Positions 10,105 through 20,339 of a stretch of DNA of 64,000 nt are shown here, piece by piece. A program made the translations under genes and the position numbers. The stretch is from an uncultured Clostridium sp. Lineage in GTDB: Bacteria; Bacillota; Clostridia; TANB77; CAG-508. The stretch lies in contig CAOKLQ010000002.1 of NCBI GenBank assembly GCA_948469315.1, positions 80,211 through 144,210 of the forward strand. Direction: 5' to 3'. The notes beneath the pieces are model-generated. The model made no database searches and was not told where the DNA came from. It saw only the letters and a list, made by a program, of their open reading frames with translations. Every line of letters starts with the position of its first letter. Positions within the stretch are counted from its first letter, which is position 1.

Positions 10105-10752
10105 TTATTTTGTGCTTATATTTATATTGCTTATTTGTGCATTCAATTCTCTTGATATTATATTTTGAATTTGTGCTATTTGATTTTGCTCTAGTTTTTG
10201 AGCTTTTACAACTATACTTACACTCGAATCATTTACAAATATAACTACATCTTCAAATCCTTTTGTTCTTATTAGATTTTCTGATATCATTATTGCATTT
10301 TTTGTGTTGTTTATATTTGCAACTTCTTTTGATGATATTGATTTTTGTTCTTCAGATATATTTGTATTTTGTAATATCTTTTGATATGCTTCTAGCATTT
10401 CTGAATACATTTTATCTCTTTCTAGTCTTGAAGATGTAAAATAGTCATTTTGTGCTTCATTTGCATTTGTCTCTACCGTATTTTGCGTATTATTTTGTTG
10501 ATTATCTTTTTCTTCATTTTGCTTATTTTGTGTAGAATTTGCCATTGTTTCTTTTATTGTGTTTTCTTCACCTACAATTTCTTCACTATCTACTAATTTT
10601 GCATCTCCTATTCCTGCATAATCATATTGTTCCTGTGCTTCTTTACTTGATACTTCTTGTGATAGTTGTGAACTATAATTTAAGTATCCTGCTGCAACTA
10701 GCATTAATGCTATTACAGATATTACTATTTGATTTTTCTTTAAAATTTTCAT
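10105..10752 (-). CDS. spoIIIAH: stage III sporulation protein AH
   Basis: N-terminal TM segment, Q/N/E-rich linker and YscJ-like C-terminus. Last gene of the spoIIIA operon. Confidence 0.75.
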   Translation of the reverse strand: MKILKKNQIVISVIALMLVAAGYLNYSSQLSQEVSSKEAQEQYDYAGIGDAKLVDSEEIVGEENTIKETMANSTQNKQNEEKDNQQNNTQNTVETNANEAQNDYFTSSRLERDKMYSEMLEAYQKILQNTNISEEQKSISSKEVANINNTKNAIMISENLIRTKGFEDVVIFVNDSSVSIVVKAQKLEQNQIAQIQNIISRELNAQISNINISTK

Positions 10753-10780
10753 TTGGTACCTCCTAAATATTTTATTTTTC

Positions 10781-11401
10781 CTAATTATTCATTTTAAAAA
10801 CCTGAATTTTGTGTGTTGCAAGACCTGTGGCTGCTTCTACTGCTTGAATAATTTGTGTTTTTACATTTGCATTATCTCCTCCTTGTGCTATTATTATGGC
10901 TCCTTCTATCTTGGGTGATACTGTTTTTTGTGTTATTACTCCCTTTTGGCCACTTGTATTTTCTTGCATTATTGCTTGTTTTTGTTTGCTTGTATCTGTT
11001 GTTACCCTTTTTCCTCCTGATGTATCTGTTTCTTCTGTTGATGTTTCACTTGTTGTTTCATCATACAGTGGTACAACCTCACTACTTTGTGAATATGTAA
11101 TTAGTACATTTACATTTCCTACTCCTGATATTTTAGTTAATATATTTTCTAAATTTGCTTGTAAGTCTGTTGTTGTATTGTTACTGGTTTCAATTGCTAA
11201 TTGTTTATTTGTTGTATTTTGTGTTTGCACTTCATCTTCTTTAGAACTCTTTTTACTATCACCTGACCAAATTTTATTAATTGCTATAAATGTTATTATT
11301 AATATAATTAAAAACACTACTAAATTTTCTATTTTCTTTTTTCCTAACTTACCTTCTACTGAAGATAAACTTTTTATTTTTTCTAATTGTTCTTTAATCA
11401 T
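10781..11401 (-). CDS. spoIIIAG: stage III sporulation protein AG
   Basis: TM anchor plus C-terminal EGAIIIAQGGDNANVK..ATGLATHKIQVFKM motif. Operon position fits. Confidence 0.8.
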   Translation of the reverse strand: MIKEQLEKIKSLSSVEGKLGKKKIENLVVFLIILIITFIAINKIWSGDSKKSSKEDEVQTQNTTNKQLAIETSNNTTTDLQANLENILTKISGVGNVNVLITYSQSSEVVPLYDETTSETSTEETDTSGGKRVTTDTSKQKQAIMQENTSGQKGVITQKTVSPKIEGAIIIAQGGDNANVKTQIIQAVEAATGLATHKIQVFKMNN

Positions 11402-11987
11402 CTTTTCCTCCTATGTTTATATTTTTTTTATCTATACTATAAGTCTGGCTTAAATAGTCTTTTATCTCATTTTTATCACTTTGTGATATATTACTTGTTG
11501 TTTTATTTGTCTGCTCATTTGAAATACTTATTTCTACTTTTTCGATTTTGTTAATTACATTATTTTGATGTTGTTTTATTAAATCTAATTCTAAAGATTT
11601 TATAGTTCCATATTTTTCTTCATCTTTTAATTCTATATCTAATTTTAAGCTTTGAACTTCATATCCTTTTTCTTTTAATCTTTGTTTTATATCTGTTTTT
11701 ATACTTGAAGTATAGGCTGTATCTAAATTATTATCTATTACATTACTACTGGCCATAGTATAATTTTGCATATTAAAATACTCTTCATATTTTGATGTAT
11801 CTATTTGTATATTCCCACCATTTAATTTTGATATTATTGGAGAAATTATTGTAAAGAGTATATATATACCAATTATTGTTTTTATATATTTTTTATTATT
11901 TCCTTCTGGCAAAATCATCTCTAATATTGTAGCTATTATTACAGCTAAAATTATAGATTTTGCCCAAGCAGTAATAGAAGCTATCAT
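11394..11987 (-). CDS. spoIIIAF: stage III sporulation protein AF
   Basis: Two N-terminal TM helices, matching size and operon position. Confidence 0.7.
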   Translation of the reverse strand: MIASITAWAKSIILAVIIATILEMILPEGNNKKYIKTIIGIYILFTIISPIISKLNGGNIQIDTSKYEEYFNMQNYTMASSNVIDNNLDTAYTSSIKTDIKQRLKEKGYEVQSLKLDIELKDEEKYGTIKSLELDLIKQHQNNVINKIEKVEISISNEQTNKTTSNISQSDKNEIKDYLSQTYSIDKKNINIGGKDD

Positions 11988-11999
11988 TTGTTTTCCTTT

Positions 12000-13160
12000 C
12001 TACCTATACATCATTCCACTATTAGATATTTTAATAGTTAATGTTGTCCCAATTATTAGCATTACAGCAATTGAACACATAATTGCAAGTAATACTTTAA
12101 ATGTTCCTCCCATTTCATCTAAAAGTTTAACTATTTTTTCATCAGCTATTGGCTGACATATTGCTGCTGCTAAATGATATGATATTGTTAAAACTGCAAG
12201 TTTTATAATTGGCATTATACATATTCCTATTATTACTAAAACTCCAACAACTCCAACTGCATTTTTTAAAATATTTGAACAACCAATAACAGTATCTATA
12301 CTATCACCTAATATTTTTCCAACTACTGGAATTAAATTACTTACAGCCGCTTTTGCAGTTTTTGCTGTTATTCCATCTACAGTACTTGTTAATGTTCCAT
12401 CTAAAGAAAGAATTGAAACAAATAGTGTTAAGGTTACTCCCATGCCCCATATAATAGAAGATTTCATAAATTTAGATATTTTATCTATTTGAATTTTATC
12501 TGATATTTTAGACACTATAGAAATTGATGTGCTTATTAGTACAAATGGAATTATAAATACTTGGAATATATTTGATATAAAATTTACTAGAAATAATATT
12601 ATAGGTTCTATTACACTTACTGATGCTACACTTCCAGTTGTAAGAAGCAAAGTCATAAGTATTGGTATTAATGTTTGACTGTATCCTACCATGTTTTGTA
12701 TTGCATTTTTCGTCATATTAATAATATCTGCAAAATTCGACATTATTAATGTTACTATTAATATATATTGCACATAATATGTAATTGTTGATATACTTTT
12801 ATTTTCTAAAGAATCACTTATACTTTTTAATATACTATGTATAACAATTATTATAATAATACTTCCTAGTACTTTAACTGAATCTTTTATTTCTTTTCCT
12901 AGCATATTTAATACTTTCTTAAAAAAAGTTTGGTTTTCTACTTTTCCTGCTACTGCTGATGTAAGTAAATTACCTACATCAATATCTTCCATAAATTCTC
13001 CTGAAAATTCTTTACTTTTAGTTATAAAATCTCCTAAATTCAAATCCTTCATTTGACTTTGAATTATATCTTGACTTGTAACTTGCGCCTCGTCTGTTGC
13101 ATTTGAATTTGGTGTATATATAAGAATTAATATTATAAATATAATTATAATTTTTTTCAT
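12000..13160 (-). CDS. spoIIIAE: stage III sporulation protein AE
   Basis: 386-aa polytopic membrane protein with signal peptide, in operon position. Confidence 0.85.
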   Translation of the reverse strand: MKKIIIIFIILILIYTPNSNATDEAQVTSQDIIQSQMKDLNLGDFITKSKEFSGEFMEDIDVGNLLTSAVAGKVENQTFFKKVLNMLGKEIKDSVKVLGSIIIIIVIHSILKSISDSLENKSISTITYYVQYILIVTLIMSNFADIINMTKNAIQNMVGYSQTLIPILMTLLLTTGSVASVSVIEPIILFLVNFISNIFQVFIIPFVLISTSISIVSKISDKIQIDKISKFMKSSIIWGMGVTLTLFVSILSLDGTLTSTVDGITAKTAKAAVSNLIPVVGKILGDSIDTVIGCSNILKNAVGVVGVLVIIGICIMPIIKLAVLTISYHLAAAICQPIADEKIVKLLDEMGGTFKVLLAIMCSIAVMLIIGTTLTIKISNSGMMYR

Positions 13161-13173
13161 TTGTTACCTCTCT

Positions 13174-13220
13174 GGGGACAGCCCCCAACCCGACACTTTG
13201 TCGGATTAAGGGACAGGTCT
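13174..13220. repeat. 47-bp GC-rich element, copy 1 (inverted partner at 13691-13737)
   Basis: GGGGACAGCCCCCAACCCGACACTTTGTCGGATTAAGGGACAGGTCT. Contains the hairpin CCGACA-ctt-TGTCGG. Confidence 0.8.
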
Positions 13221-13279
13221 TAAATAATTTTTTTAAACAATAAACCATCCCTTATATTTATATATTTAATCAATAACAA

Positions 13280-13666
13280 CTAGGGTAAAATTTTTGTTAT
13301 TGTTTCTATTAGAGCCGATATTATTGGTATTGATATAGATATGATTATGATTTTTCCTCCTAAATCTACTTTACTTGCTATTGCAGTTTCTCCTGCATCT
13401 TTACATACACTTACTGCAAATTCTGTAAGAAGTGCAATTCCTGTTATTTTTAGTAATATTCCTAAAAATTTACTATTTATACTAGCTTTATTAGCAAAAT
13501 CCTGCAGTAAATTTATTATTCCAGTTAAGCTATTTGCAACTAAGAAAAAAATAATTACACCTGCAATTAAAGAAACATATATAGTAAATTCAGGCTTATA
13601 TTGTCTTAAAATTATAATAATTATTAAAGCAATTAGACCTACACCTATAATTTTTGTAATATCCAT
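13280..13666 (-). CDS. spoIIIAD: stage III sporulation protein AD
   Basis: MDITKIIGVGLIALIIIIILRQYKPEF... small polytopic protein. Start moved to the second ATG behind a GAAGGGA SD. Confidence 0.85.
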   Translation of the reverse strand: MDITKIIGVGLIALIIIIILRQYKPEFTIYVSLIAGVIIFFLVANSLTGIINLLQDFANKASINSKFLGILLKITGIALLTEFAVSVCKDAGETAIASKVDLGGKIIIISISIPIISALIETITKILP

Positions 13667-13690
13667 TATTTTATTTCCCTTCAATATTTT

Positions 13691-13737
13691 AGACCTGTCC
13701 CTAAATCCGACAAAGTGTCGGACTGGGGGCTGTCCCT
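13691..13737. repeat. 47-bp GC-rich element, copy 2 (reverse complement of copy 1, 43/47 identical)
   Basis: AGACCTGTCCCTAAATCCGACAAAGTGTCGGACTGGGGGCTGTCCCT. Abuts the spoIIIAC stop codon. Confidence 0.8.
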
Positions 13738-13930
13738 ATAGGTTAAACATTGTTCTTACTGATTCGAATAGTGTGCTTATTTGTTTTATTACCATTGTTA
13801 ATACTATTACTATTCCTGCTAAGGTAGTCATCATTGCTTGATCTTCTCTTCCTGCTCTTACTAATACTTGGTGTAATACTGCAACTAATATTCCTATTGC
13901 AGCTATTTTGAATAATAAATCTATACTCAT
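13736..13930 (-). CDS. spoIIIAC: stage III sporulation protein AC
   Basis: 64 aa, MSIDLLFKIAAIGILVAVLHQVL.. Confidence 0.85.
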   Translation of the reverse strand: MSIDLLFKIAAIGILVAVLHQVLVRAGREDQAMMTTLAGIVIVLTMVIKQISTLFESVRTMFNL

Positions 13931-13957
13931 ATGTATTTTCCTTTCAATTTATATTTT

Positions 13958-14467
13958 TTAAACAAGCAATATTACGATTGCAAGCCCTATTGTCATTCCT
14001 AATGTTTTATATAATTTTTCATTTTTTTCTTTTTCTTGCTGGGCTATTTCTATTTGTTTATCTAAAAAGTTTGTTGTTAGTTTGATTTCACTTACTTGAC
14101 CTTCTATATTTGTTTTACCAAGTAATTTTGATAATCCTTTTAATATGTTTTTATCTTCTTTGGTGATTTCTATGTTTGAATTATCTATAGCTTGGCTCCA
14201 AGCATCACCTGCTCCTAATTCTTTCATTTTATTTGAAGCATTTAAAAATACTTCTGATACGCTTTTATATGTATTTTGAGAAATTTCTTTAAATATCTCT
14301 GGAATTGGTTCATATGTAAATTTTATTTTGGTTTCAAATATGTTTAGTGCTGATTTAATTTCTTTTAAATTCTTAACTCTATTTGCATATTTTTTTGATA
14401 TTGAAATTCCGATGGCAGAACTTGTACAAAAAATTATTACTAAAATTGCTGTTTTTATTATGAACAT
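13958..14467 (-). CDS. spoIIIAB: stage III sporulation protein AB
   Basis: 169 aa with N- and C-terminal TM helices, in operon position. Confidence 0.75.
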   Translation of the reverse strand: MFIIKTAILVIIFCTSSAIGISISKKYANRVKNLKEIKSALNIFETKIKFTYEPIPEIFKEISQNTYKSVSEVFLNASNKMKELGAGDAWSQAIDNSNIEITKEDKNILKGLSKLLGKTNIEGQVSEIKLTTNFLDKQIEIAQQEKEKNEKLYKTLGMTIGLAIVILLV

Positions 14468-14546
14468 AAAAAACTCCTAAATAAATTATTTATATAATAA
14501 TTATATTCACAAGTTTTCGTTTTAGAACTAAAAATTTCATTAATTA

Positions 14547-15482
14547 CTACTTTTGATTTAATATTTCATATTGTTTATTTATTTTATTTAAAATATATAT
14601 TTTTTCTATTTTTCCTTTTTGTTTCTTATCTAAAAACACTAATCTTTCAAATATTTGCTTTTTTATTAATTCTGATATTGCTGGATTTAAATTTAAATCT
14701 TCTATAGAGCTTCCATGTGCTGTAAATATTCCTTTTATTCCACAGCATACTGCATAATTTATTGCTTCTACATCTTCCTTACTTCCAATTTCATCTGCAA
14801 CTATAATATCTGGGGACATTGACCTTATTACCATTTTCATTCCTTCTGATTTTTTTATATTATCTAATATATCTGTTCTTATTCCTATATCGTTTTGAGG
14901 TACTCCTTTATACATTGCAGCTATCTCTCCTCTTTCATCTACTACACTTATATTTTTTCCTTTAAATTCTAAATCTTCTATTCCATTACTTATTGTTCTT
15001 ATTGTGTCTCTTAATATTGTTGTTTTTCCTACTCCTGGTGGTGAAATTATTAAAGTATTATAAATAGTGTTATTAGGTATATCTAATATATATTTTAATA
15101 AATTATTAGAGCAACCTATTATTTGCCTTGCAATTCTAAAATTTAAGTTTGATATGTAATTTATATTTGTAACTTTGCCTCCTGATATTACTACACTTCC
15201 AGTTATTCCTATCCTATGTCCACCTTTTATTGTTATAAATCCTTCACATATTTGATTTTGATATGAGTATATTGAATTGTCACATATACTTTGTAATGTT
15301 TGGAGTATATCCTCTGTTTCTATTAATCCTTGTAATATTTTCTCTTCATTTGTAAATTTTAATATTATAGGCTTACTAGATCGCATTCTTATTTCTTCTA
15401 GATTTTGATTATTATTTATTTGTTTTGATATGACCTGTCCAACTTTTATTGGGAAATATTTTAATATTTGAGTATAATTCAT
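14547..15482 (-). CDS. spoIIIAA: stage III sporulation protein AA (secretion-type ATPase)
   Basis: Walker A PPGVGKTT and Walker B IIVADEIG. Start set at MNYTQIL behind an AAAGGA SD. Confidence 0.85.
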   Translation of the reverse strand: MNYTQILKYFPIKVGQVISKQINNNQNLEEIRMRSSKPIILKFTNEEKILQGLIETEDILQTLQSICDNSIYSYQNQICEGFITIKGGHRIGITGSVVISGGKVTNINYISNLNFRIARQIIGCSNNLLKYILDIPNNTIYNTLIISPPGVGKTTILRDTIRTISNGIEDLEFKGKNISVVDERGEIAAMYKGVPQNDIGIRTDILDNIKKSEGMKMVIRSMSPDIIVADEIGSKEDVEAINYAVCCGIKGIFTAHGSSIEDLNLNPAISELIKKQIFERLVFLDKKQKGKIEKIYILNKINKQYEILNQK

Positions 15483-15506
15483 AACGCATCCTTTCATTGT
15501 AAAAAA

Positions 15507-15536
15507 TCGCATATACATATTAATATGTATATGCGA
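15507..15536 (-). terminator. yebC terminator (30-nt perfect palindrome)
   Basis: TCGCATATACATAT/TAATATGTATATGCGA flanked by A- and T-runs. Confidence 0.7.
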
Positions 15537-15552
15537 AAAATATTAAAATATT
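15526..15552 (-). promoter_or_regulatory. possible sigma-E-type promoter for spoIIIA
   Basis: Minus strand reads AATATT-N13-CATATACAT, close to ATATT..CATACA-T. The -10 lies inside the palindrome. Confidence 0.3.
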
Positions 15553-15560
15553 ACTAAAAT

Positions 15561-16280
15561 TTATTCTTCCCAGTTATGGTATACGTTCATTACATCATCT
15601 AATTCATCTAATTTATCTATTAGTCTTTCCATTTTTTCTTGCCCCTTTTCATCAAGTGTAACATATGTAGTTGGAATTCTTTGAATTTCTGCCTGGGCAA
15701 ATTCTAGTCCCTCATTTTCTAGTGCTTCTCTAACTGTGCTAAAATCTTCTGGAGATGTTGTTATTTCATAACATTCTTCCTCTGCTACAAAATCTTCTGC
15801 TCCATTTTCTAAAGCTAACATCATTAAATCATCTTCTGTTTTATTAGTAGTAGTTTTATCTATTATAATTACACCTTTTCTATTAAATAAATAAGATACA
15901 CATCCAGATGTTCCCAAATTTCCACCTGATTTATCAAATACATGTCTTACATCTGCTGCTGTTCTATTTCTATTGTCTGTACTTGCTTCTACAATTACTG
16001 CAACTCCGTTTGGTCCATATCCTTCATATATTATCTCTTCATAATTTTCACTACTACTTGAAGCTTTCTTTATTGCATTATTTATTGTATCATTTGGCAT
16101 ATTAGCTGCTTTACATTTTGCTATAACGTTTTTTAGTTTTGAGTTAGCTGCTGGATCTGGTCCACCTTCTTTTGTAGCTATTAATAGTTCTCTTCCTAAT
16201 TTTGTAAATATCTTTCCTCTTGCTGCATCTGCTTTTCCTTTTTTGGCTTGTATATTATGCCATTTACTATGTCCTGACAT
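15561..16280 (-). CDS. yebC: YebC/PmpR-family DNA-binding regulator
   Basis: [27 protein letters not shown].. is canonical. AAGGAGG SD. Confidence 0.9.
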   Translation of the reverse strand: MSGHSKWHNIQAKKGKADAARGKIFTKLGRELLIATKEGGPDPAANSKLKNVIAKCKAANMPNDTINNAIKKASSSSENYEEIIYEGYGPNGVAVIVEASTDNRNRTAADVRHVFDKSGGNLGTSGCVSYLFNRKGVIIIDKTTTNKTEDDLMMLALENGAEDFVAEEECYEITTSPEDFSTVREALENEGLEFAQAEIQRIPTTYVTLDEKGQEKMERLIDKLDELDDVMNVYHNWEE

Positions 16281-16508
16281 GTAAATTTCCTCCTTTATTT
16301 TCACTTATAGTATTAATTTTATTTTTATATTTTACCATATTATTTTTGCTTTGTGTAGTATAGTATAAATTACATCAATTATTAGTCTAATTGATTAAAT
16401 CAATCTTATAAAAAAATATATCATAATTATGTATTTAAGTCAATTATACTGTTTAAATCTATATAATATAAAATTTTTACATAAATAATTTAGTATATTT
16501 TATTTTCT

Positions 16509-16829
16509 TTACAATAAATCATTTATTATATTATTCAATTCAGATTTTGGACAAAAACCAACACTACTTTTTATAACTTTTCCATTTTTAAAAAATATAA
16601 GAGTTGGTACACTCATTATATTATATTGTAGTGCTAAATCTTGATTTTCATCTACATTTACTTTGCAAACTTTAACACTATTTGAATATTCATTTGCTAT
16701 TTCTGATATAATTGGAGATAACATTTTACATGGTCCGCACCAAGTTGCAAAAAAGTCAACCAAAACTAATTTATCAGTATTAGCTATTTCCTCATTAAAA
16801 TTTTTTGAATTTAAATTTATCTCATTCAT
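16509..16829 (-). CDS. trxA: thioredoxin
   Basis: WCGPCK active site, 106 aa. Confidence 0.9.
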   Translation of the reverse strand: MNEINLNSKNFNEEIANTDKLVLVDFFATWCGPCKMLSPIISEIANEYSNSVKVCKVNVDENQDLALQYNIMSVPTLIFFKNGKVIKSSVGFCPKSELNNIINDLL

Positions 16830-16843
16830 CTATTTCTCCTCCT

Positions 16844-17044
16844 TTAATCAATAGTTTTATAATAAAGCATGCAATGACAATATCCTTCAAAATTAGGATC
16901 TTTAATTTGTTCTTTAAATTCTTTGCACATACATTTAGTATCATCTGTCCTTTCAGTTCTACAAGGACAATAGCCTCCTGTTTCTTTCAGTCCTTGTTTT
17001 ATTGTATCTACAACTTCCTTATTAGGATTTAATTTTACTGCCAA
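16844..17044 (-). CDS. ferredoxin-thioredoxin reductase catalytic-subunit-like protein
   Basis: CPCR..CMC..GYCHC cysteine pattern. Immediately upstream of trxA. Confidence 0.7.
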   Translation of the reverse strand: MAVKLNPNKEVVDTIKQGLKETGGYCPCRTERTDDTKCMCKEFKEQIKDPNFEGYCHCMLYYKTID

Positions 17045-17163
17045 AATTATCTCCTCCTTTATATTATTTACATTTTATTATATCATAACATCTTTTATAC
17101 TTATTTTTTAATAAAATTACATTTTACAATATGATAATTTATTATCTTTTTACCTATTAATTT

Positions 17164-17454
17164 TTATATTCCATATTTATATAAATCAATTTTATAATTA
17201 TTTACTATTATACCATCTTTTTGCAATTTTTCCTTTTGTATTTCAATGCCACCAAATGCAAATTTAGCTGATAAATTTCCATTTCTATCAACTACTTTAT
17301 AACATGGATATTTATCTTCATTTGGATTATTATGAAGAATATTACCAACAACTCTAGATAGTTTTTTATTACCTAAAAACTCTGCTATTTGACCATATGT
17401 TACTACTTTTCCCTTTGGAATAGTTTTTAAAAATTCATATACTTTTTCTTTCAT
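17164..17454 (-). CDS. MGMT-family DNA-binding protein (PCYKVV instead of PCHRVV)
   Basis: IPKGKVVTYGQIAEFLG..SRVVGNIL..PCYKVV. Confidence 0.75.
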   Translation of the reverse strand: MKEKVYEFLKTIPKGKVVTYGQIAEFLGNKKLSRVVGNILHNNPNEDKYPCYKVVDRNGNLSAKFAFGGIEIQKEKLQKDGIIVNNYKIDLYKYGI

Positions 17455-17471
17455 TATTTATTATTACTCCT

Positions 17472-18374
17472 CTAAAATTCTCTATTTAAAAACTTTATAA
17501 CATCATTATAAACTATTTTATTTTCTTTTTCTGCCAATATTTCATGCCTCATATTAGGATAATCTATGCTTTCAATTTTATTAAATCCTGCTTTATATAA
17601 TACTTGTTTTGAATCTTTAGATCCTTTATCTCCTCCAACACAAGGGTCGTCAAGGCCTCTTAATAGTAATAATTCTAAATCTTTATTTACATTCATATAT
17701 AATTTAGATTTATGCATTTTAATTACAAGATGAAATAAGTCACAAAATGCTGAACATGTAAACCCAATTCCACAATATTGATCTTCAATATATTTTCTTA
17801 CTGTTTCTTCATTATGGCAAATCCAATCACATTTAGTTTTAGGATTTTTAATTTTTTTATTAAATGAATCAATACTTAAAGAAGATATAAATTTTGATTT
17901 ATATTTTGGACCACGAAATGCTTTTATAATATTTGCAAAAATTATTCCAAAATATGCACCTATTTGATAATTTGGATAACCTGAAAGTACTACTTTTTTA
18001 TATTCTTGTGAATTATTTTGAAGAAGTACCCTTGTTATAATAGTTCCCATTGAGTGTGCAAATATATAAATTGGAAGTCCTTTAAATTCTTTTTTTACAA
18101 AACTTGTAATCACCTTTTGATCTTCTATTAATTCTTTATAACCGTCTTTATCTTTAAAATACCCTAAGTCTTTAGCACTACTTCCATGTCCTCTCATATT
18201 AGAACTTACAATTGTAAATCCATTTTTATTTAGTTCTTCTATAAAGTTCTCATAACGCTCTTGATGTTCTTCCATTCCATGTATAATTTGTATAATAGCC
18301 TTTGGATTTTCTACTTTAAATATATGAACATCTAATTTGTATCCATCTTTTGAATTTATAAATATTTTTTCCAT
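17472..18374 (-). CDS. alpha/beta hydrolase (lysophospholipase-like)
   Basis: HGMEEHQERY and the nucleophile elbow AHSMGT. Start set at MEKIFINS. Confidence 0.75.
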   Translation of the reverse strand: MEKIFINSKDGYKLDVHIFKVENPKAIIQIIHGMEEHQERYENFIEELNKNGFTIVSSNMRGHGSSAKDLGYFKDKDGYKELIEDQKVITSFVKKEFKGLPIYIFAHSMGTIITRVLLQNNSQEYKKVVLSGYPNYQIGAYFGIIFANIIKAFRGPKYKSKFISSLSIDSFNKKIKNPKTKCDWICHNEETVRKYIEDQYCGIGFTCSAFCDLFHLVIKMHKSKLYMNVNKDLELLLLRGLDDPCVGGDKGSKDSKQVLYKAGFNKIESIDYPNMRHEILAEKENKIVYNDVIKFLNREF

Positions 18375-18549
18375 ACTTCTCTTTCCTTTTGTTTTATTTA
18401 AATTATAATAGCATAAGAGCAATTAATTAGCAATACTTAGCTATTTACAATTAATAATGTTTTTATAACTCTAGCAATAGTTTTTTAAATTAGTATATTT
18501 GCTTTTTATATGGTTATACTATTTTCTAGAAATTTGGAGGTGCTTTTAT

Positions 18550-19101
18550 ATGAAATTAACTATATGTGAGTTAAGTTATTTAAATGAATTAATAACAAGT
18601 TGTGTTAACACAATTACATGTATGTCATTATTCAAAAATCAAGTTACAAATGAAGAACTCAAATCTTTATTATGTAATCATTTTCCAATCCATGTTGAAG
18701 ATTATAATAAAAAAGTGGAATTTGTAAAAAATGTAGATACAGCATCAGGAAAATTAAATGTTCCTGAACTTAATACTTCTATTTTTACACAAGATATAAA
18801 TCAAACAAAAACAGCTGAGCCTATTACTGTAAACACTAATGTAACATCATTAACAGACAGAGAAATCGCTTTATCTTATTTTCTAACATTAAAAAGGGCT
18901 GGAAAAGAATATGCTATAGCTTCCATGGAGGCTATTAATCCAACTTTAAGACAGTTTTTAAAAGATGCCTATACAATGAGTTGTAATCATTCTTATGAAG
19001 TTTATGAGTGGATGGCTAAAAATAATTATTATCCTATTGTTGTAGCTACTGGTGAGCAAACAGGAGATATTTCTAGTATTTATAATGCTATTTCTTTATA
19101 A
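18550..19101 (+). CDS. spore coat protein, CotF-like
   Basis: Two coat-F-like helical segments (LNELITS.., REIALSYFLTLKRAGKEYAIASMEA..LRQFL). GGAGGTG SD. Confidence 0.6.
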   Translation: MKLTICELSYLNELITSCVNTITCMSLFKNQVTNEELKSLLCNHFPIHVEDYNKKVEFVKNVDTASGKLNVPELNTSIFTQDINQTKTAEPITVNTNVTSLTDREIALSYFLTLKRAGKEYAIASMEAINPTLRQFLKDAYTMSCNHSYEVYEWMAKNNYYPIVVATGEQTGDISSIYNAISL

Positions 19102-19154
19102 TAAACTTATAGAACTCATATAAAATTGTTTTTATAATTGAAAAAAGTATTTTT

Positions 19155-19183
19155 CCCTCTAGTTCTTTTTTAGAACTAAAGGG
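19155..19183. terminator. bidirectional terminator between convergent genes
   Basis: CCCTCTAGTTCT-tttt-AGAACTAAAGGG followed by a T-run. Confidence 0.55.
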
Positions 19184-19190
19184 AGTTTTT

Positions 19191-20339
19191 TTACCCTATT
19201 TTCCTTTTCCTCTTAGAAATCACATTAGTAATAATAACAAAAACAGTAGCAAATAGCAAAACAATCGCCATATTTATTAATACTGGTCTTATTGTTTCTA
19301 AATTTATTGTCTCTAACTTAGTTATTATTTCATTACTGCTAATATAATAATAAGATGGCAAAACATGGGCTATTTTTAGTACTGTATCTGGTAGCCATTC
19401 CATTGGGACAAATGAACCACATAAAAAGCTTGAACCTAGTGCTATTACATTTACAATTCCATTTATTGCATTTTTGTTATTTACTAAATTTCCTATTAAA
19501 AATGCTATTGTTACTGCACATATTGTAAATATTAATGAATTTAGCATATATATTAAGCCATGCGCCTTAAACATTATCTCTCCAACTAATATAAAACTTA
19601 GTATTACATAAAATACCCATAAAAAAGAAGCAAGTAACATATTTGATAAAAGTAATTTTCTGTTATGGCTTTTATAGTTCATACTACTTATAATTGTTCT
19701 TTTTAAGATTTTTTCATCTTTAAAACTAGATAATATTAAACAAATTACATACACACATCCAGCTAGAATACTATAATTTGCAAAGTTATAATAAAATGCA
19801 GCTTTTTTTAGATTGTTTGTATCTAATTTAGATGTTATTTCTACTTGTGTTTGTTTTGATAATGTTTTATTTATTTTTTCTATTAACTCTTGCTCTGATT
19901 CTATATTTCCTTGATAAATACTTGCAACTTTTACATATCTATCTAGCATCATCCCAGCTAAACTTGATTGATAATCCCCTGTGCTTTTTATTTGTATTTG
20001 CGGATTTTTTCCATTTAAAAAGTCTTGCCTATAATTTTGTGGTATGTATATTATATAATTAATCTGTCTATAAAATAATGCATCATCTATAGCTTCTTTT
20101 TCTTGTTTTATTTCTTTTATATTACTATTTTGTTTTATATAATTAATTAAATTTTGAGTTATACCTTCCTCTTTATCTTGATTTATTATTAATATATCTG
20201 GCTTACTTGCTACAAAGTTTGTACTATTATCACTTGTTTGCATATTAAATCCACCAAAAAAGACTAAAATTATAGTAAACATTATAATTGGTACTTTATT
20301 TTTATTTAATACTTTAAAAAATGTTTTAAATACTATCAT
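19191..20339 (-). CDS. ABC-2 type exporter permease
   Basis: 382 aa: N-terminal TM, large extracytoplasmic loop and a C-terminal 5-TM bundle. Confidence 0.7.
   Translation of the reverse strand: MIVFKTFFKVLNKNKVPIIMFTIILVFFGGFNMQTSDNSTNFVASKPDILIINQDKEEGITQNLINYIKQNSNIKEIKQEKEAIDDALFYRQINYIIYIPQNYRQDFLNGKNPQIQIKSTGDYQSSLAGMMLDRYVKVASIYQGNIESEQELIEKINKTLSKQTQVEITSKLDTNNLKKAAFYYNFANYSILAGCVYVICLILSSFKDEKILKRTIISSMNYKSHNRKLLLSNMLLASFLWVFYVILSFILVGEIMFKAHGLIYMLNSLIFTICAVTIAFLIGNLVNNKNAINGIVNVIALGSSFLCGSFVPMEWLPDTVLKIAHVLPSYYYISSNEIITKLETINLETIRPVLINMAIVLLFATVFVIITNVISKRKRKIG

Noticed and set aside
13018-13248. 76-aa ORF spanning the spoIIIAE start and the GC-rich repeat.
   Set aside because: It overlaps the spoIIIAE N-terminus in another frame and reads through the repeat element. 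There is no SD.
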